Of a stretch of DNA of 64,000 bases, positions 9,420-19,184 are shown piece by piece. Source of the DNA: Candidatus Latescibacterota bacterium. Lineage in GTDB: Bacteria > Latescibacterota > UBA2968 > UBA8231. A model generated the notes under the pieces. It was not told the DNA's origin. It saw nothing but the letters and a program-made list of their open reading frames with translations, and made no database searches. Within the stretch, counting starts at the first letter, position 1. Each line of letters opens with the position of its first letter. The DNA lies in contig OZ242005.1 of assembly GCA_965204725.1 (NCBI GenBank), positions 1,696,001 through 1,760,000 of the forward strand, in the 5' to 3' direction. The position numbers and the translations under genes were made by a program.

Positions 9420-10789
9420 TTTTCCCGCCCTTCGCGCCCTATGTAATAGCCCAGCTCGGTCAACTGCCGTCCTTCTCCTTGTACTTTAACGCCAACGCGC
9501 CGCTCGGCCCAAAAGCCCTCGAGCGATTCGACCAAGTCGTATCCCCCTACCGCGAGGGGGACCCCGACCTCTTCCGCGAGTTGTGGCACGGTCCGGTCGT
9601 CGAGCGTCAGGCCCTCGCCATTGACGCAATTGGGCGGCAACAAGACCAAATCCCGCTGAATGCCATCGCGCACCCGCGCCGCCATATCGCGGCCGGTCAG
9701 CAGGCCCGATACCGTGATGCCGTGGCCGAAAAAGTCGTTATCTACCGGCAGGAGATCAATCTGTACGTTCTCAATGGCGTTCAGCCTAGGCATTAGGGGC
9801 GCGAGCATGGGCTCGGCCAAGCGGCCGGTCAGCAAGCCGATCCGCACGGCCTGAGCCACGCGCCCGGGCAGCCGCTTGCTCGCCTCGTCCCAAGTGTCGA
9901 GGAAGGAGCGGGACATGCCGATGCCGTTTTCGAGCTGGGGAAACGCATCGTAATACGACGCCTCGGGCAGAGGCCGCCCCATCAGCAGAAAGATCTCGTC
10001 GGCCGCATAGACAAACCGCTCGCCAAAGCGCGCTTTGAATTGCGCGCCCCACGCTTGGGCTGCGTCCGCGTACTCAGCGGCCTTGGCCGGGGTCACCGGA
10101 TCGAGCGCGACGAGCCGGTGCCGGTGATCGGTCAGCCCCACGGGCACCAACGCCACCGAGCGCACCGCGGGATAGTACGCCGACAGATCGGCCACCGTGC
10201 GCGCGAGGTGCGGCCCGTCGTTCCAGCCCGGGCAGAGCACGACTTGGGTGTGCATTTCAATGCCGTGGGCCGCTAGTTTGCGCAAGCGCTCGGTGATATC
10301 GACCGTCGCTTTCGTGCGGCCGAGCATGACTTGCCTCAGCTCGGGGTCGGTGGCATGGACGGAGATGTACTGCGGCGTCAGCCCTTGTTCAATGATGCGG
10401 TCAATATCGCTTTCGCGGACATTGGTCAAGGTCACGTACGAGCCGTGGAGGAAGGAGAGCCGAAAATCGTCGTCCTCAAAATACAGGCTGCGCCGCATGC
10501 CCTTGGGCATTTGATGGATGAAGCAGAAGACGCATTTGTTGTTGCAGCTACGCAAGCGCATATCTTCAAAGACCAGCCCTAGGGACTCGCCGCTTTGGCG
10601 CTCAATTTCGGCCTCGTACCGGTCTTCGCCGCGCTCGATTTCTACGCAGATCACATCCTCGGCGCTGGCGACCTGAACGTCGATCAAATCGCGTACTGCT
10701 TCGCCATTGATGCACAAAATGCGATCGCCAATGCAAAACCCCGCCCGCGCCCCGAGGCTGTTGGGCTCGATGTCTTTTACGACAACCAT
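9416..10789 (-). CDS. DUF512 PDZ/radical-SAM-like Fe-S protein
   Basis: N-terminal PDZ-like segment, CNNKCVFCFIHQMPKGMRRSLY.EDDDFRLSFLHG, QLENGIG, ITVSGLLTGRD. Commonly adjacent to der. Confidence 0.9.
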   Translation of the reverse strand: MVVVKDIEPNSLGARAGFCIGDRILCINGEAVRDLIDVQVASAEDVICVEIERGEDRYEAEIERQSGESLGLVFEDMRLRSCNNKCVFCFIHQMPKGMRRSLYFEDDDFRLSFLHGSYVTLTNVRESDIDRIIEQGLTPQYISVHATDPELRQVMLGRTKATVDITERLRKLAAHGIEMHTQVVLCPGWNDGPHLARTVADLSAYYPAVRSVALVPVGLTDHRHRLVALDPVTPAKAAEYADAAQAWGAQFKARFGERFVYAADEIFLLMGRPLPEASYYDAFPQLENGIGMSRSFLDTWDEASKRLPGRVAQAVRIGLLTGRLAEPMLAPLMPRLNAIENVQIDLLPVDNDFFGHGITVSGLLTGRDMAARVRDGIQRDLVLLPPNCVNGEGLTLDDRTVPQLAEEVGVPLAVGGYDLVESLEGFWAERRVGVKVQGEGRQLTELGYYIGREGREK

Positions 10790-10895
10790 AGTGAATTAAG
10801 CAATTAGTCTGCGCTATGTATCATGCTGTGGGGCAAGATGTTTTATTGGGTCAAAGGTATGTGGATCGTACGCCATCGGCAATACCTCGGGCAGA

Positions 10896-10932
10896 AATAA
10901 AAAATCCGCCCGACCACGTTGGCCGGGCGGAT
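10896..10932 (-). terminator. Rho-independent terminator after tRNA-Gly
   Basis: ATCCGCCCGGCC-AACGT-GGTCGGGCGGAT followed by TTTTTATTT on the minus strand. Confidence 0.85.
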
Positions 10933-10934
10933 GA

Positions 10935-11009
10935 TGGAGCGGGAGACGGGAATCGAACCCGCGACATCAAGCTTGGGAAGCTTGCGCTCTACCCCTGAGC
11001 TACTCCCGC
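10935..11009 (-). tRNA. tRNA-Gly(CCC)
   Basis: GCGGGAGTAGCTCAGGGGTAGAGCGCAAGCTTCCCAAGCTTGATGTCGCGGGTTCGATTCCCGTCTCCCGCTCCA; anticodon CCC, CCA encoded. Confidence 0.97.
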
Positions 11010-11019
11010 TAATTTTCGT

Positions 11020-11994
11020 TCATAAGGTAGAAGCGGCCCCAACCCCTGTCAACCCAGCCCCTCGGCCCCAGCGATACTCCCACTCGCCGACGATGCGCTC
11101 GACGACGCCGGTCTTTCCCCACACATCGAGGTCTAATTCGCGCAAGCGCCGATCGCGGCGGCACCACGTCATTTGTCGTTTGGCCAAGCGCCGGGTGCGC
11201 TGTTTGGTGCGCTCAACGGCTTCTTGCCAAGGGCAATGCCCGGCCAGTGCGCTGCACAGTTCAAAATAGCCCAAAGTCCCCAAGGCGCTATCGCCGCGAT
11301 CGTACCCCATGGCGCGCAAGGCGCGCACTTCTTCGATCCATCCTCGTTCTACCATCCGATCGACCCGCTCGTCAATCCGCTCGTAGAGCCGGCTACGCGC
11401 CATGGTCAGGCTGATCATCTGCGGCTGCCGCACCCAAGGCCGCCCCGCCCGCTCCCGCCATAGCGTGCTGAGCGCACCCTTTCCGGCCAGCGCGACCTCC
11501 AACGCCCGCAGGATCCGCTGCCCGTCGCCCGGGTGCAACCGCGCTTGCGCGATGGGATCCCGGCGGCCCAACTCCTCGTATAGGGCGGCAAGCCCCTCGC
11601 AATGCAGGCGATTTTGCAATTCGGCGCGGATCGGCGCGTATTCGGTTTCGTCCTCAAAGCAGCCATCCAATGCACTCTGCCAGTACAGGCCCGTCCCGCC
11701 GACCATGATGGGCAGGCCCCCTCTGCTCCAGATCTGCTCAACGACGCGCCGTGCGGCTCGCGCATACGCTCCCGCGCTGTAGTTTTGCTCGGGATCGAGC
11801 ACATCGAGCAAGTGATGGGGGCATTGGTTTTGCTGTTCAGCAGTTGGCTTGGCTGTGCCGATATCCAAGTAGCGATAGATTTGCCGCGAGTCGGCTGAGA
11901 TGATTTCCACTTTGGGCAAGTGCTGGGCTGCTTGGAGGGCTATTTCTGTTTTGCCGGTGGCGGTGGGGCCGGTGATTAGGATGAGGGGTAACAT
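11020..11994 (-). CDS. miaA: tRNA dimethylallyltransferase
   Basis: ITGPTATGKT, IISADSRQIYRYLDIGTAKP, VGGTGLY, RILRALEV, TRRLAKRQMTW. Confidence 0.98.
   Translation of the reverse strand: MLPLILITGPTATGKTEIALQAAQHLPKVEIISADSRQIYRYLDIGTAKPTAEQQNQCPHHLLDVLDPEQNYSAGAYARAARRVVEQIWSRGGLPIMVGGTGLYWQSALDGCFEDETEYAPIRAELQNRLHCEGLAALYEELGRRDPIAQARLHPGDGQRILRALEVALAGKGALSTLWRERAGRPWVRQPQMISLTMARSRLYERIDERVDRMVERGWIEEVRALRAMGYDRGDSALGTLGYFELCSALAGHCPWQEAVERTKQRTRRLAKRQMTWCRRDRRLRELDLDVWGKTGVVERIVGEWEYRWGRGAGLTGVGAASTL
11024..11052 (-). promoter_or_regulatory. Sigma70 promoter for tRNA-Gly, inside the miaA 3' end
   Basis: TTGACA-17 nt-TACCTT. Confidence 0.7.
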
Positions 11995-12011
11995 AATCAC
12001 AATTATAGGAA

Positions 12012-13682
12012 CTATTCAACCGACTCCTCTTTCTCTAACAAGGCCGGCTCCACGATGATCGTTTTCTCGCGGCGCAACAGGGCCTGCCCGGGTGCGCCGC
12101 CCCGCGGCTTGGTGACGTGTTTTACCAAGGTGTACGCCACGGAGACCTTTTTCGCTGTCTTGCCCTTGCTCCAATACGCGGCTAAGGCCGCAGCCTCCTC
12201 AATCGTCTGCTTGCTGGGGGCTTCCTTGCGGCCTCCGCTCCGCAGGACGACGTGCGAGCCCGAGTACCCCCGGGCGTGAAACCACCAATCGTTTTGGGCG
12301 GCCATTTTGTGCGTCAGCACATCGTTTTCCTTGTTGTTGCGCCCGGCCCACACCGACCACCCCGTGGAGGTCCTATAGCGCCGGGGATGGGCCTGGGGCG
12401 GCTTGCTCGCCCTTTTGTCGGTGCGGGTCACCTTGCTCTCCAACCAGTTTTGCAGCGCGGCGTCGGCTTCCCAAGTACCGGCATCCACCGCGCCGACCCA
12501 ATGCTCGTATTGGATGCACTGACGCCTGAGCTGGGCTAGGTGCTGCGGCAGGACTTGTTGGCGGCGCTCGTATTTTTGCGCGGTCTTTAGATAGAATGCG
12601 GCGTTTTCCGCCAAGCTGCGATTTACATCCAAATCGATGCGCAGCGTCGAGCGTCCCTCCGAATCGAAGAGGTCGGCGAGCTCTACGTGCGCGGGCCGCC
12701 CGGATAGCTGCCCCATGTTGGCCCACAGCGCGTGGCCTTTGCGCTTGTATTCCTCGGCACGGGCCGCCTCATCGAGATCGACTTGCAGGGCGGCCAAACG
12801 CCGCCGGGCATTTTTTAAGGCTTGGCTCAGCCGGCGGCGGAGTTGCTGCTGCGTCTTTTGCGCCCGGCGGTGTGCCCGCTCCTTTTGGCACACCGCCCAT
12901 ATCCCGGTGCTAACCGCGTCAAACGGCTCGTAGGCCCCTTGCAACCGACGCGGCTCAAGGGCGGAAACACAAAACCGGCCCGCCTCTTGCCACACGTAGC
13001 TGCGGCCCGACGGCGCACGGGTGTACGCCTCGGTGGCCGCGGCCCATAAGGCGGCCGGCTCGTCGGCCCCGGACAGCTGGCTACGGAAGATCAGTTCGCG
13101 CACCACCGCACGATCCGCTCCGGCCAACCAGCGGCGCGCGGCTTTTTCCAAGGGGGCATCCGCGCTCGCCAGCCGGTCGCACCACGTGCTGAGCGCGTCC
13201 GTGCCGGGCAGCAGGCGGCCCGACGGTTTGGGCGGCTGGTACGACGTACCCACGAGCGACTTGTCCTTGGCCATGCCCCAGTAGCCCAAAATCGCGCCAT
13301 CGGCTTGGCGATGGAGAACGAACCGCACCTTGTTGGGAATGAGTTCACACACCAAGACGCCAAAGCTCGTCCGGCCGGCGCGGTCCCGGCGCTCTAGGCG
13401 CAAGCGCAGGACGCGCTCTCGGCCCTCGGCTTCGACGGCCGCGACCCGCGCACGCACCAAGTACTTTTCCGGGCCATCGCCCGCCCGCCAAGGCCGCGGC
13501 CAAGCCTCCGGCCGCAGGCAGAGCAAGCCCTCCCGGCCACTCGCGCCGTACAGCCACTCGCCCTCGTCCACCGCCAAGGCCAGTTCCGTCGACTGGGCAT
13601 AGGCCCGCTCGATGAGCGCCCCTTGCAGGCGCGCCCGCAACTCCTGCGCGAGGGCCTGAATGGTGAAGTAATCAAACGCCAT
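12012..13682 (-). CDS. rqcH: Ribosome quality control protein RqcH (NFACT/FbpA family)
   Basis: MAFDYF N-terminus, coiled coil with LDVNRSLAENAAFYLK, NFACT-R motifs GRNNKENDVLT, WWFHARGYSGSHVV, AAALAAYWSK. Confidence 0.9.
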   Translation of the reverse strand: MAFDYFTIQALAQELRARLQGALIERAYAQSTELALAVDEGEWLYGASGREGLLCLRPEAWPRPWRAGDGPEKYLVRARVAAVEAEGRERVLRLRLERRDRAGRTSFGVLVCELIPNKVRFVLHRQADGAILGYWGMAKDKSLVGTSYQPPKPSGRLLPGTDALSTWCDRLASADAPLEKAARRWLAGADRAVVRELIFRSQLSGADEPAALWAAATEAYTRAPSGRSYVWQEAGRFCVSALEPRRLQGAYEPFDAVSTGIWAVCQKERAHRRAQKTQQQLRRRLSQALKNARRRLAALQVDLDEAARAEEYKRKGHALWANMGQLSGRPAHVELADLFDSEGRSTLRIDLDVNRSLAENAAFYLKTAQKYERRQQVLPQHLAQLRRQCIQYEHWVGAVDAGTWEADAALQNWLESKVTRTDKRASKPPQAHPRRYRTSTGWSVWAGRNNKENDVLTHKMAAQNDWWFHARGYSGSHVVLRSGGRKEAPSKQTIEEAAALAAYWSKGKTAKKVSVAYTLVKHVTKPRGGAPGQALLRREKTIIVEPALLEKEESVE

Positions 13683-16448
13683 CTAGGCTTCGACGCGCTT
13701 GAGGCTGGCGTTTAGCTTCTCCTGAGTGGCGCGATATTCGGCTTGGCGTTGGCGCTCTTGGGCGACGATTTCGGGCGGCGCTTTGGTCAGGAAGCGTTCA
13801 TTGGCCAGTTTGGCGTCTAGGCCTTTGAGCAAGCCGTCCATCTTGTGGATTTCTCGTTTGAGCCGCTGCCGCTCGGCCGCTAGGTCGATCAATCCCTCTA
13901 AGGGCACGAAAATCTCGGCCGTGGCCGTCAGCGCACTCCCGGAAGCCGGCGGCCGGACGAGCCCCTGCCCCACTTGCACGGAAGCGGCCCGGCTCAACAG
14001 CGCGATGTAAGGGGCGGCTTGGCGCAGAGTCTGTTCCACCTCGTCTGAGGCGGCCGAAATCAAGACCTCGACTTTGCGCCCGGGCGGGACGTTCATCTCG
14101 CCGCGAATGATCCGCACGCCGGTCACCGCCTCTTGCAGGTACTGCATGCGCGCTTCGGCCTCCAAGTCGATCAGCCCGGCATCGCATTCCGGCCAAGCCG
14201 CGACCATGATGCTGTTGGCCGCCGAGCCGTGGGGCAGTGCCTGCCACAAGGTCTCGGTGATGAAGGGCATAATAGGGTGCAACAGCCGCAGGGCGGTTTC
14301 GAGGACCCGCACGAGATGGTCTTGGGCGGTGCGCCGCGCTTGGGGATCGCCGCCCTGCAAGCGCACCTTGGCCAATTCGAGGTACCAATCGCAAAAGTCG
14401 CGCCAGACAAAGTCGTAGATCGCCCGCGTCAGGTCGCTGAAGCGATGCGATTGCAGGGCCTCGGTCATCTCGCGTACGGCCCCCTGCAACCGACTCCAGA
14501 TCCAGCGGTCAGCCCATTCGCTCCGCTCGCAGGGGCCGCGCTCGTATCCGTCGATGTTCATCAGCACGAAGCGAGTCGCGTTCCACAGCTTGTTGCCAAA
14601 GTTGCGGCCGGCCTCGGCACTGGCCGAAGCCTGCACTTGGTTGTTGGCGACCACGGCGTCGAAGCGCACGTCTTGGACGGCCCCGGCCTGCGCCAACAAA
14701 CAGTAGCGGGTCGCATCCGCGCCGTAGCGCACGACCAAGTCGAGCGGGTTGAGACCCGTGCCCAAGCTCTTGCTCATGCGGCGGCCGTCTCGGGTCAGAA
14801 TAGTCGGGTGAACCAGCACGGTCTTAAAGGGAATTTGCTCCACGCACTCCAGCGAGGTCATGGCCATCCGCAAAACCCACAAATAGAGAATGTCGCGGGC
14901 CGTGATGAGCAAATCCGTGGGATAAAAGTACGCCAGCGCGTCGCTGCGCTGCGGCCAGCCGAGGGTGGCAAAGGGCCACAGAGCCGAAGAAAACCACGTG
15001 TCGAGCACGTCTGGGTCTTGGACCCAAGTCCGGCCACCGCATTCGGCACAGGCGGCCGGCTCGGCCGCGCTGACGACGGGTTTGGCACCGGCCGCCACCG
15101 AGACCCTAAAGTTGCCCTCGCGCAGGGCCTGCTCCCGGTCCAAATCGAACATGGGGATCAGCGCGTCCCCGCTGCACTCGGTGCAATACCAAGCGGGAAT
15201 GCGATGCCCCCACCAAATTTGCCGCGACAAGGGCCAGTCGCGTATTTGGTCCAACCACTCGATGGCATAGCGGCGGAAGCGATCGGGCGCGTATTGGATA
15301 TCCGCCTGTACAAACGCGGGCCGCGCCTTGGCCGCTAGTTCCTTCATGTTCATAAACCACTGCTCCATCGGCAGGGGTTCGACTATCGTGCCGCACTTGT
15401 CGTGGTGCGGGACCGCATGGTCGTGATCCTCTATTTTGGCCAGCAGTCCCTCGGCTTCTAATGCGGCCACGACCGCTTCGCGAGCCGCCGAGCGATCCAA
15501 CCCGGCGAAGCGACCCGCCGCCTCGGTCATGACCCCGTCAAAGCCGATGACTTGGATTTGCGCTAGGTCGTGGCGCTGGCCCAGCGCGTAGTCGTTGGGA
15601 TCGTGGGCCGGCGTCACCTTGACCGCGCCACTGCCCAACTCGGGATCGGCGTATTCGTCGGCGACGATGGGAATGGCTCGGCCCGTCAGCGGCAGCTCGA
15701 CTTGCTGGCCAATGGCCGCGCGCCAGCGGTCGTCGGTTGGGTGGACAGCCACGGCCGTGTCCCCGAGCATGGTCTCCGGCCGCGTAGTAGCGACCACGAC
15801 TTGCAGTGCTCCCTCCCCCTCTTGGGCCGGGTAGCGAATGTGCCACAAGTGGCCGGCGACCTCGCGCTCTTCGGTCTCTAGGTCGGAAATGACCGTGCGG
15901 CACTGCGGACACCAGTTGATCATGCGGGTGCCGCGGTAAATCCACCCTTTCTCGGCAAAATGGGCGAAGGCCTGCAATACGGCCTCGACGTATTCCTCGT
16001 CGAGCGTGAACCGCTCCCAGCGCCAATCGTAGCTGGCGCCGAGTTGGCGCAACTGGCGGTAGATGGCGTCGCCGTATTTTTCCTTCCACTGCCAAATCCG
16101 GTCGATCATGGCGGCCCGTCCCAAGTCGTAGCGGCTCTTGCCCTCGACCTGCAAAAGCTCTTGCTCGACCTTTATATGGGTGGCAATGCCCGCGTGATCA
16201 GTGCCCGGCAGGCAGAGCGTCTCAAAGCCCTGCATCCGCTTCCACCGGACGACTAAGTCGTGGATGGCGTGTTGAATCGCGTGGCCCATGTGTAGCTCTC
16301 CGGTGACGTTGGGCGGAGGAATTGCGATGCAGTACGGGGGCTTGTCCGGGTTGATCTCCGCCTTAAAGAGGCCATTTTCCTCCCAGAAATCGTACCATTT
16401 TTTTTCTATCGCCCCGGGCTCGTACGTCTTGGCCAGTTCTTCGCTCAT
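13683..16448 (-). CDS. valS: Valine--tRNA ligase
   Basis: PPPNVTGELHMGHA, PGTDHAGIAT, VATTRPETMLGDTAVAV, DVLDTWFSSALWP, RMSKS. Confidence 0.99.
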   Translation of the reverse strand: MSEELAKTYEPGAIEKKWYDFWEENGLFKAEINPDKPPYCIAIPPPNVTGELHMGHAIQHAIHDLVVRWKRMQGFETLCLPGTDHAGIATHIKVEQELLQVEGKSRYDLGRAAMIDRIWQWKEKYGDAIYRQLRQLGASYDWRWERFTLDEEYVEAVLQAFAHFAEKGWIYRGTRMINWCPQCRTVISDLETEEREVAGHLWHIRYPAQEGEGALQVVVATTRPETMLGDTAVAVHPTDDRWRAAIGQQVELPLTGRAIPIVADEYADPELGSGAVKVTPAHDPNDYALGQRHDLAQIQVIGFDGVMTEAAGRFAGLDRSAAREAVVAALEAEGLLAKIEDHDHAVPHHDKCGTIVEPLPMEQWFMNMKELAAKARPAFVQADIQYAPDRFRRYAIEWLDQIRDWPLSRQIWWGHRIPAWYCTECSGDALIPMFDLDREQALREGNFRVSVAAGAKPVVSAAEPAACAECGGRTWVQDPDVLDTWFSSALWPFATLGWPQRSDALAYFYPTDLLITARDILYLWVLRMAMTSLECVEQIPFKTVLVHPTILTRDGRRMSKSLGTGLNPLDLVVRYGADATRYCLLAQAGAVQDVRFDAVVANNQVQASASAEAGRNFGNKLWNATRFVLMNIDGYERGPCERSEWADRWIWSRLQGAVREMTEALQSHRFSDLTRAIYDFVWRDFCDWYLELAKVRLQGGDPQARRTAQDHLVRVLETALRLLHPIMPFITETLWQALPHGSAANSIMVAAWPECDAGLIDLEAEARMQYLQEAVTGVRIIRGEMNVPPGRKVEVLISAASDEVEQTLRQAAPYIALLSRAASVQVGQGLVRPPASGSALTATAEIFVPLEGLIDLAAERQRLKREIHKMDGLLKGLDAKLANERFLTKAPPEIVAQERQRQAEYRATQEKLNASLKRVEA

Positions 16449-16560
16449 GCCGCGTCCTTTGTTTTATTTCTTTGTTTAATGGGGTTAAAAATATAACCCT
16501 TTCCCCTGCTCTGACAATTTTGCTCGCCGCGCCTTGCTGGCTATTTTGTGTTCCGTTCTT

Positions 16561-16694
16561 TACTACACGACACCAGCTCCAGCTTTCCAAGGATCGAGGG
16601 CATCTTGCCCTCGTCGAGGGCGGGACGCCCTCGATCCCGGACGCAACGGCAACACCAGAAAAGGCGTACTCAAAGTAGGTGTCGCGTACTTAGG
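16561..16694. repeat. ~134-nt structured repeat, copy 1 (REPIN/MITE-like)
   Basis: A 53-nt core (16588-16640) and a further 24-nt block are identical to copy 2 at 28199-28333. Nested palindromes; outer CGACACC/GGTGTCG stem; ends TACTTAGG. Confidence 0.9.
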
Positions 16695-16741
16695 TCCCGT
16701 TCCCTTTCACTTTCACTGCACCGGCACTAGGCGATTCCATA

Positions 16742-17665
16742 ATGGGCAACTGGTCCAAGCTCCAAACCGAACAGCGCAACCCAGCCAGCCAGCGCATCGA
16801 CGAGGTCTCGACGCTGGAGATGCTGGCGATCATCAATCGAGAAGACGCCCTCGTGCCGGCCGCGGTCGCCACGCAACTGAGGCCCATTGCCGACGCGGTT
16901 GACTTGGTCGCCAATCAGCTTGGGAACGGAGGCCGCCTGTTCTACCTCGGCGCGGGGACCAGCGGTCGGCTCGGCGTGTTGGATGCCGCTGAATGCCCCC
17001 CCACCTTTGGCACCGCCCCCCACTCGGTGCAGGGCCTAATTGCCGGCGGGCCAGCGGCTTTGTGCCAAGCCGTAGAAGGCGCGGAGGACGACGGCGAGAC
17101 CGCGCCCCGTGCATTGTCGCAGCGGGGCTTGGAGCCGGCCGACGTGGTCATGGGCATTGCCGCTAGCGGCGTAACCCCTTTCGTCGTCAGCGGCCTCCAG
17201 TACGCCGCCCAGCGGCCGTGCCCGACTATTTTTTTTACGTGTAGTCCCACGGCCGCCGCAGCCGTTGCCGCCTCAATCAAGATCGTCCCCGAGGTCGGCC
17301 CGGAAGTCATCACCGGGTCAACGCGGATGAAGGCCGGGACCGCAACCAAGCTGGTACTCAACATGATCAGCACCGGCGCCATGGTGAAATTGGGCAAGAC
17401 TTATGGCAACCTCATGGTCGATCTCCAGCCTACCAATGCCAAGCTGCGCGACCGCGCCGAGCGCATCTTGGCGACCCTAACCGGGGCCTCGCCGCAAGCG
17501 GCCGCGGCCCGGCTGCAAGCGGCCGAAGGCAGCTTGAAGCTGGCGCTGGTCATGGAGTGGTGCCAACTAGAGCGCACCCAAGCCCAGCGCCTCCTCGACA
17601 CCTGCGGCGGGAGCGTCAAGGCCGCCACCCTCGCCACCGGAGCCGCCCCTTGCAAATGGACCTAG
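16742..17665 (+). CDS. murQ: N-acetylmuramic acid 6-phosphate etherase
   Basis: TEQRNP, GAGTSGRLGVLDAAECPPTFG, GPEVITGSTRMKAGTATKLVLNMIST, YGNLMVD. Confidence 0.97.
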   Translation: MGNWSKLQTEQRNPASQRIDEVSTLEMLAIINREDALVPAAVATQLRPIADAVDLVANQLGNGGRLFYLGAGTSGRLGVLDAAECPPTFGTAPHSVQGLIAGGPAALCQAVEGAEDDGETAPRALSQRGLEPADVVMGIAASGVTPFVVSGLQYAAQRPCPTIFFTCSPTAAAAVAASIKIVPEVGPEVITGSTRMKAGTATKLVLNMISTGAMVKLGKTYGNLMVDLQPTNAKLRDRAERILATLTGASPQAAAARLQAAEGSLKLALVMEWCQLERTQAQRLLDTCGGSVKAATLATGAAPCKWT

Positions 17666-17771
17666 CCAAGCTCTTTGCCCCCGGTGCTCATTCGGCTATT
17701 TTCGGTATCGCGAATGTCTCCGAACTCGAAGCCAATGTACCCAACCCCGGCAACTAAAGGCGATCCACACC

Positions 17772-18869
17772 GTGAATAGACTCACCCCGAACCAAGCCGT
17801 TGGCGATTTAGAGACCCCGGTACTGCTGCTCAACCTAGAGCACTTTGAATCCAATGTGCGGCACTTGGCCGCGTATTGCCGCGACAACGGCAAGGCATGG
17901 CGGCCCCACAGCAAGGCGCACAAATCTCCGGCCATCGCCCACATCGAACTGGCCAACGGGGCCGCTGGCATCACCTGCGCCAAATTGAGCGAAGCCGAGT
18001 GGATGGTCGCGCATGGCGTCCGTTCCATCCTGCTGGCCAACCAGATCGTCAGCCCAGGGAAATTCGCCGCCCTCGCACGCCTGCAACACCAAGCCGAACT
18101 CATTGCCGCCGTAGATAATATCGCGGTCGTCGAACCGATGGCCGCGGCGGCCGCGGCCGAGGGGGTCTGCATCCCTGTGGTCGTGGAGATCGACATTGGC
18201 ATGAAGCGGGTCGGCGTGGCCCCTGGCCCCCCTGTCCTCGCTTTGTCCAAGGCCATTAGCGACCAACCTCGGCTGGCGTTCAAGGGCCTGATGGGCTACG
18301 AGGGCCACGCCCTTGACTGCTGGCCACACTCGGCCAAGCAAAGGGCCTGTTTCCAAGCACTCGACCTATTAGTAGAGTCGCGCAATTTGCTGGAAGCCAA
18401 CGGGATACAAGTGGAGATCGTCAGTGCTGGCGGCACGGGTTCATACGAGATCAGCACCCTCCACGACGGAATTACCGAAATTCAAGCCGGCGGCGGCGTG
18501 TTCATGGACGCCATGTATCGCCGCACCTGTCACGTCGAAGCCCTCGCCCCCGCTCTAACCGTGCTCACCACGGTTACCAGTCGCGCTGCCGACCGAGTCG
18601 TCGTCGATGCCGGCTTTAAGGCCCTTTCCTCCGCTCACCAGCCGCCGGAGGTGCTAGGGCGCGACGATCTGCATTTGCGCTACCTGTCGGCTGAACACGG
18701 CGTCTTCGACATTGCAGCGGGCCGAGCCGGGCCAGCCTTAGGCGAGCGGATCGAACTACTCGTCGGCTATTCGGATTCGACGACTTTCCTCCACAATTAC
18801 TTCGTCGCCATCCGCAAGGGGCGCGTAGAAAAAATATGGGACATCTCAGCGCGGGGCCTTTTGCTCTGA
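17772..18869 (+). CDS. DSD1/D-threonine aldolase family PLP enzyme (fold type III)
   Basis: ETPVLLL, WRPHSKAHK, GLMGYEGH, SAGGTGS, TEIQAGGGVFMD, DAGFKALS, SAEHG. Confidence 0.9.
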   Translation: MNRLTPNQAVGDLETPVLLLNLEHFESNVRHLAAYCRDNGKAWRPHSKAHKSPAIAHIELANGAAGITCAKLSEAEWMVAHGVRSILLANQIVSPGKFAALARLQHQAELIAAVDNIAVVEPMAAAAAAEGVCIPVVVEIDIGMKRVGVAPGPPVLALSKAISDQPRLAFKGLMGYEGHALDCWPHSAKQRACFQALDLLVESRNLLEANGIQVEIVSAGGTGSYEISTLHDGITEIQAGGGVFMDAMYRRTCHVEALAPALTVLTTVTSRAADRVVVDAGFKALSSAHQPPEVLGRDDLHLRYLSAEHGVFDIAAGRAGPALGERIELLVGYSDSTTFLHNYFVAIRKGRVEKIWDISARGLLL

Positions 18870-18899
18870 CGTCGACGAACCGCAAGGGAGAAAACATAC

Positions 18900-19184
18900 A
18901 TGACTAAAGCCGAGATCGCCCAGCAGCTAGCCCGGAGTACGGGCCTCTGCCAAGTGGATACCGCGGCCGTTATCGAGGGCTTCATCGAAGCCATAGCCCA
19001 AGCCCTATCGGAAGGCGACCACGTCGAAATCCGCGGCTTTGGCACCTTCAAGGTCGTGGACCGCGCGCCGCGCACCGGCCGCAACCCTAAAGCCGGCGCG
19101 ACCATCGCAATCCCCAAGCGCAAGGCCCCGACCTTTAAGCCTTCCAACGCCGTAAAGAGCCGAATAGTCCAGCGCGAACCATGA
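18900..19184 (+). CDS. HU/IHF family DNA-binding protein
   Basis: MTKAEIA...VEIRGFGTFKV..RAPRTGRNPK...PTFKPS. Confidence 0.95.
   Translation: MTKAEIAQQLARSTGLCQVDTAAVIEGFIEAIAQALSEGDHVEIRGFGTFKVVDRAPRTGRNPKAGATIAIPKRKAPTFKPSNAVKSRIVQREP

Noticed and set aside
16449-16560. T-box riboswitch upstream of valS
   Set aside because: The leader is short, with a promoter-like TTGTCA-16-TATATT near the start. No T-box consensus or terminator is visible.
16588-16640. CRISPR repeat
   Set aside because: Only two copies, 11.6 kb apart, with no repeat-spacer periodicity and no cas genes.
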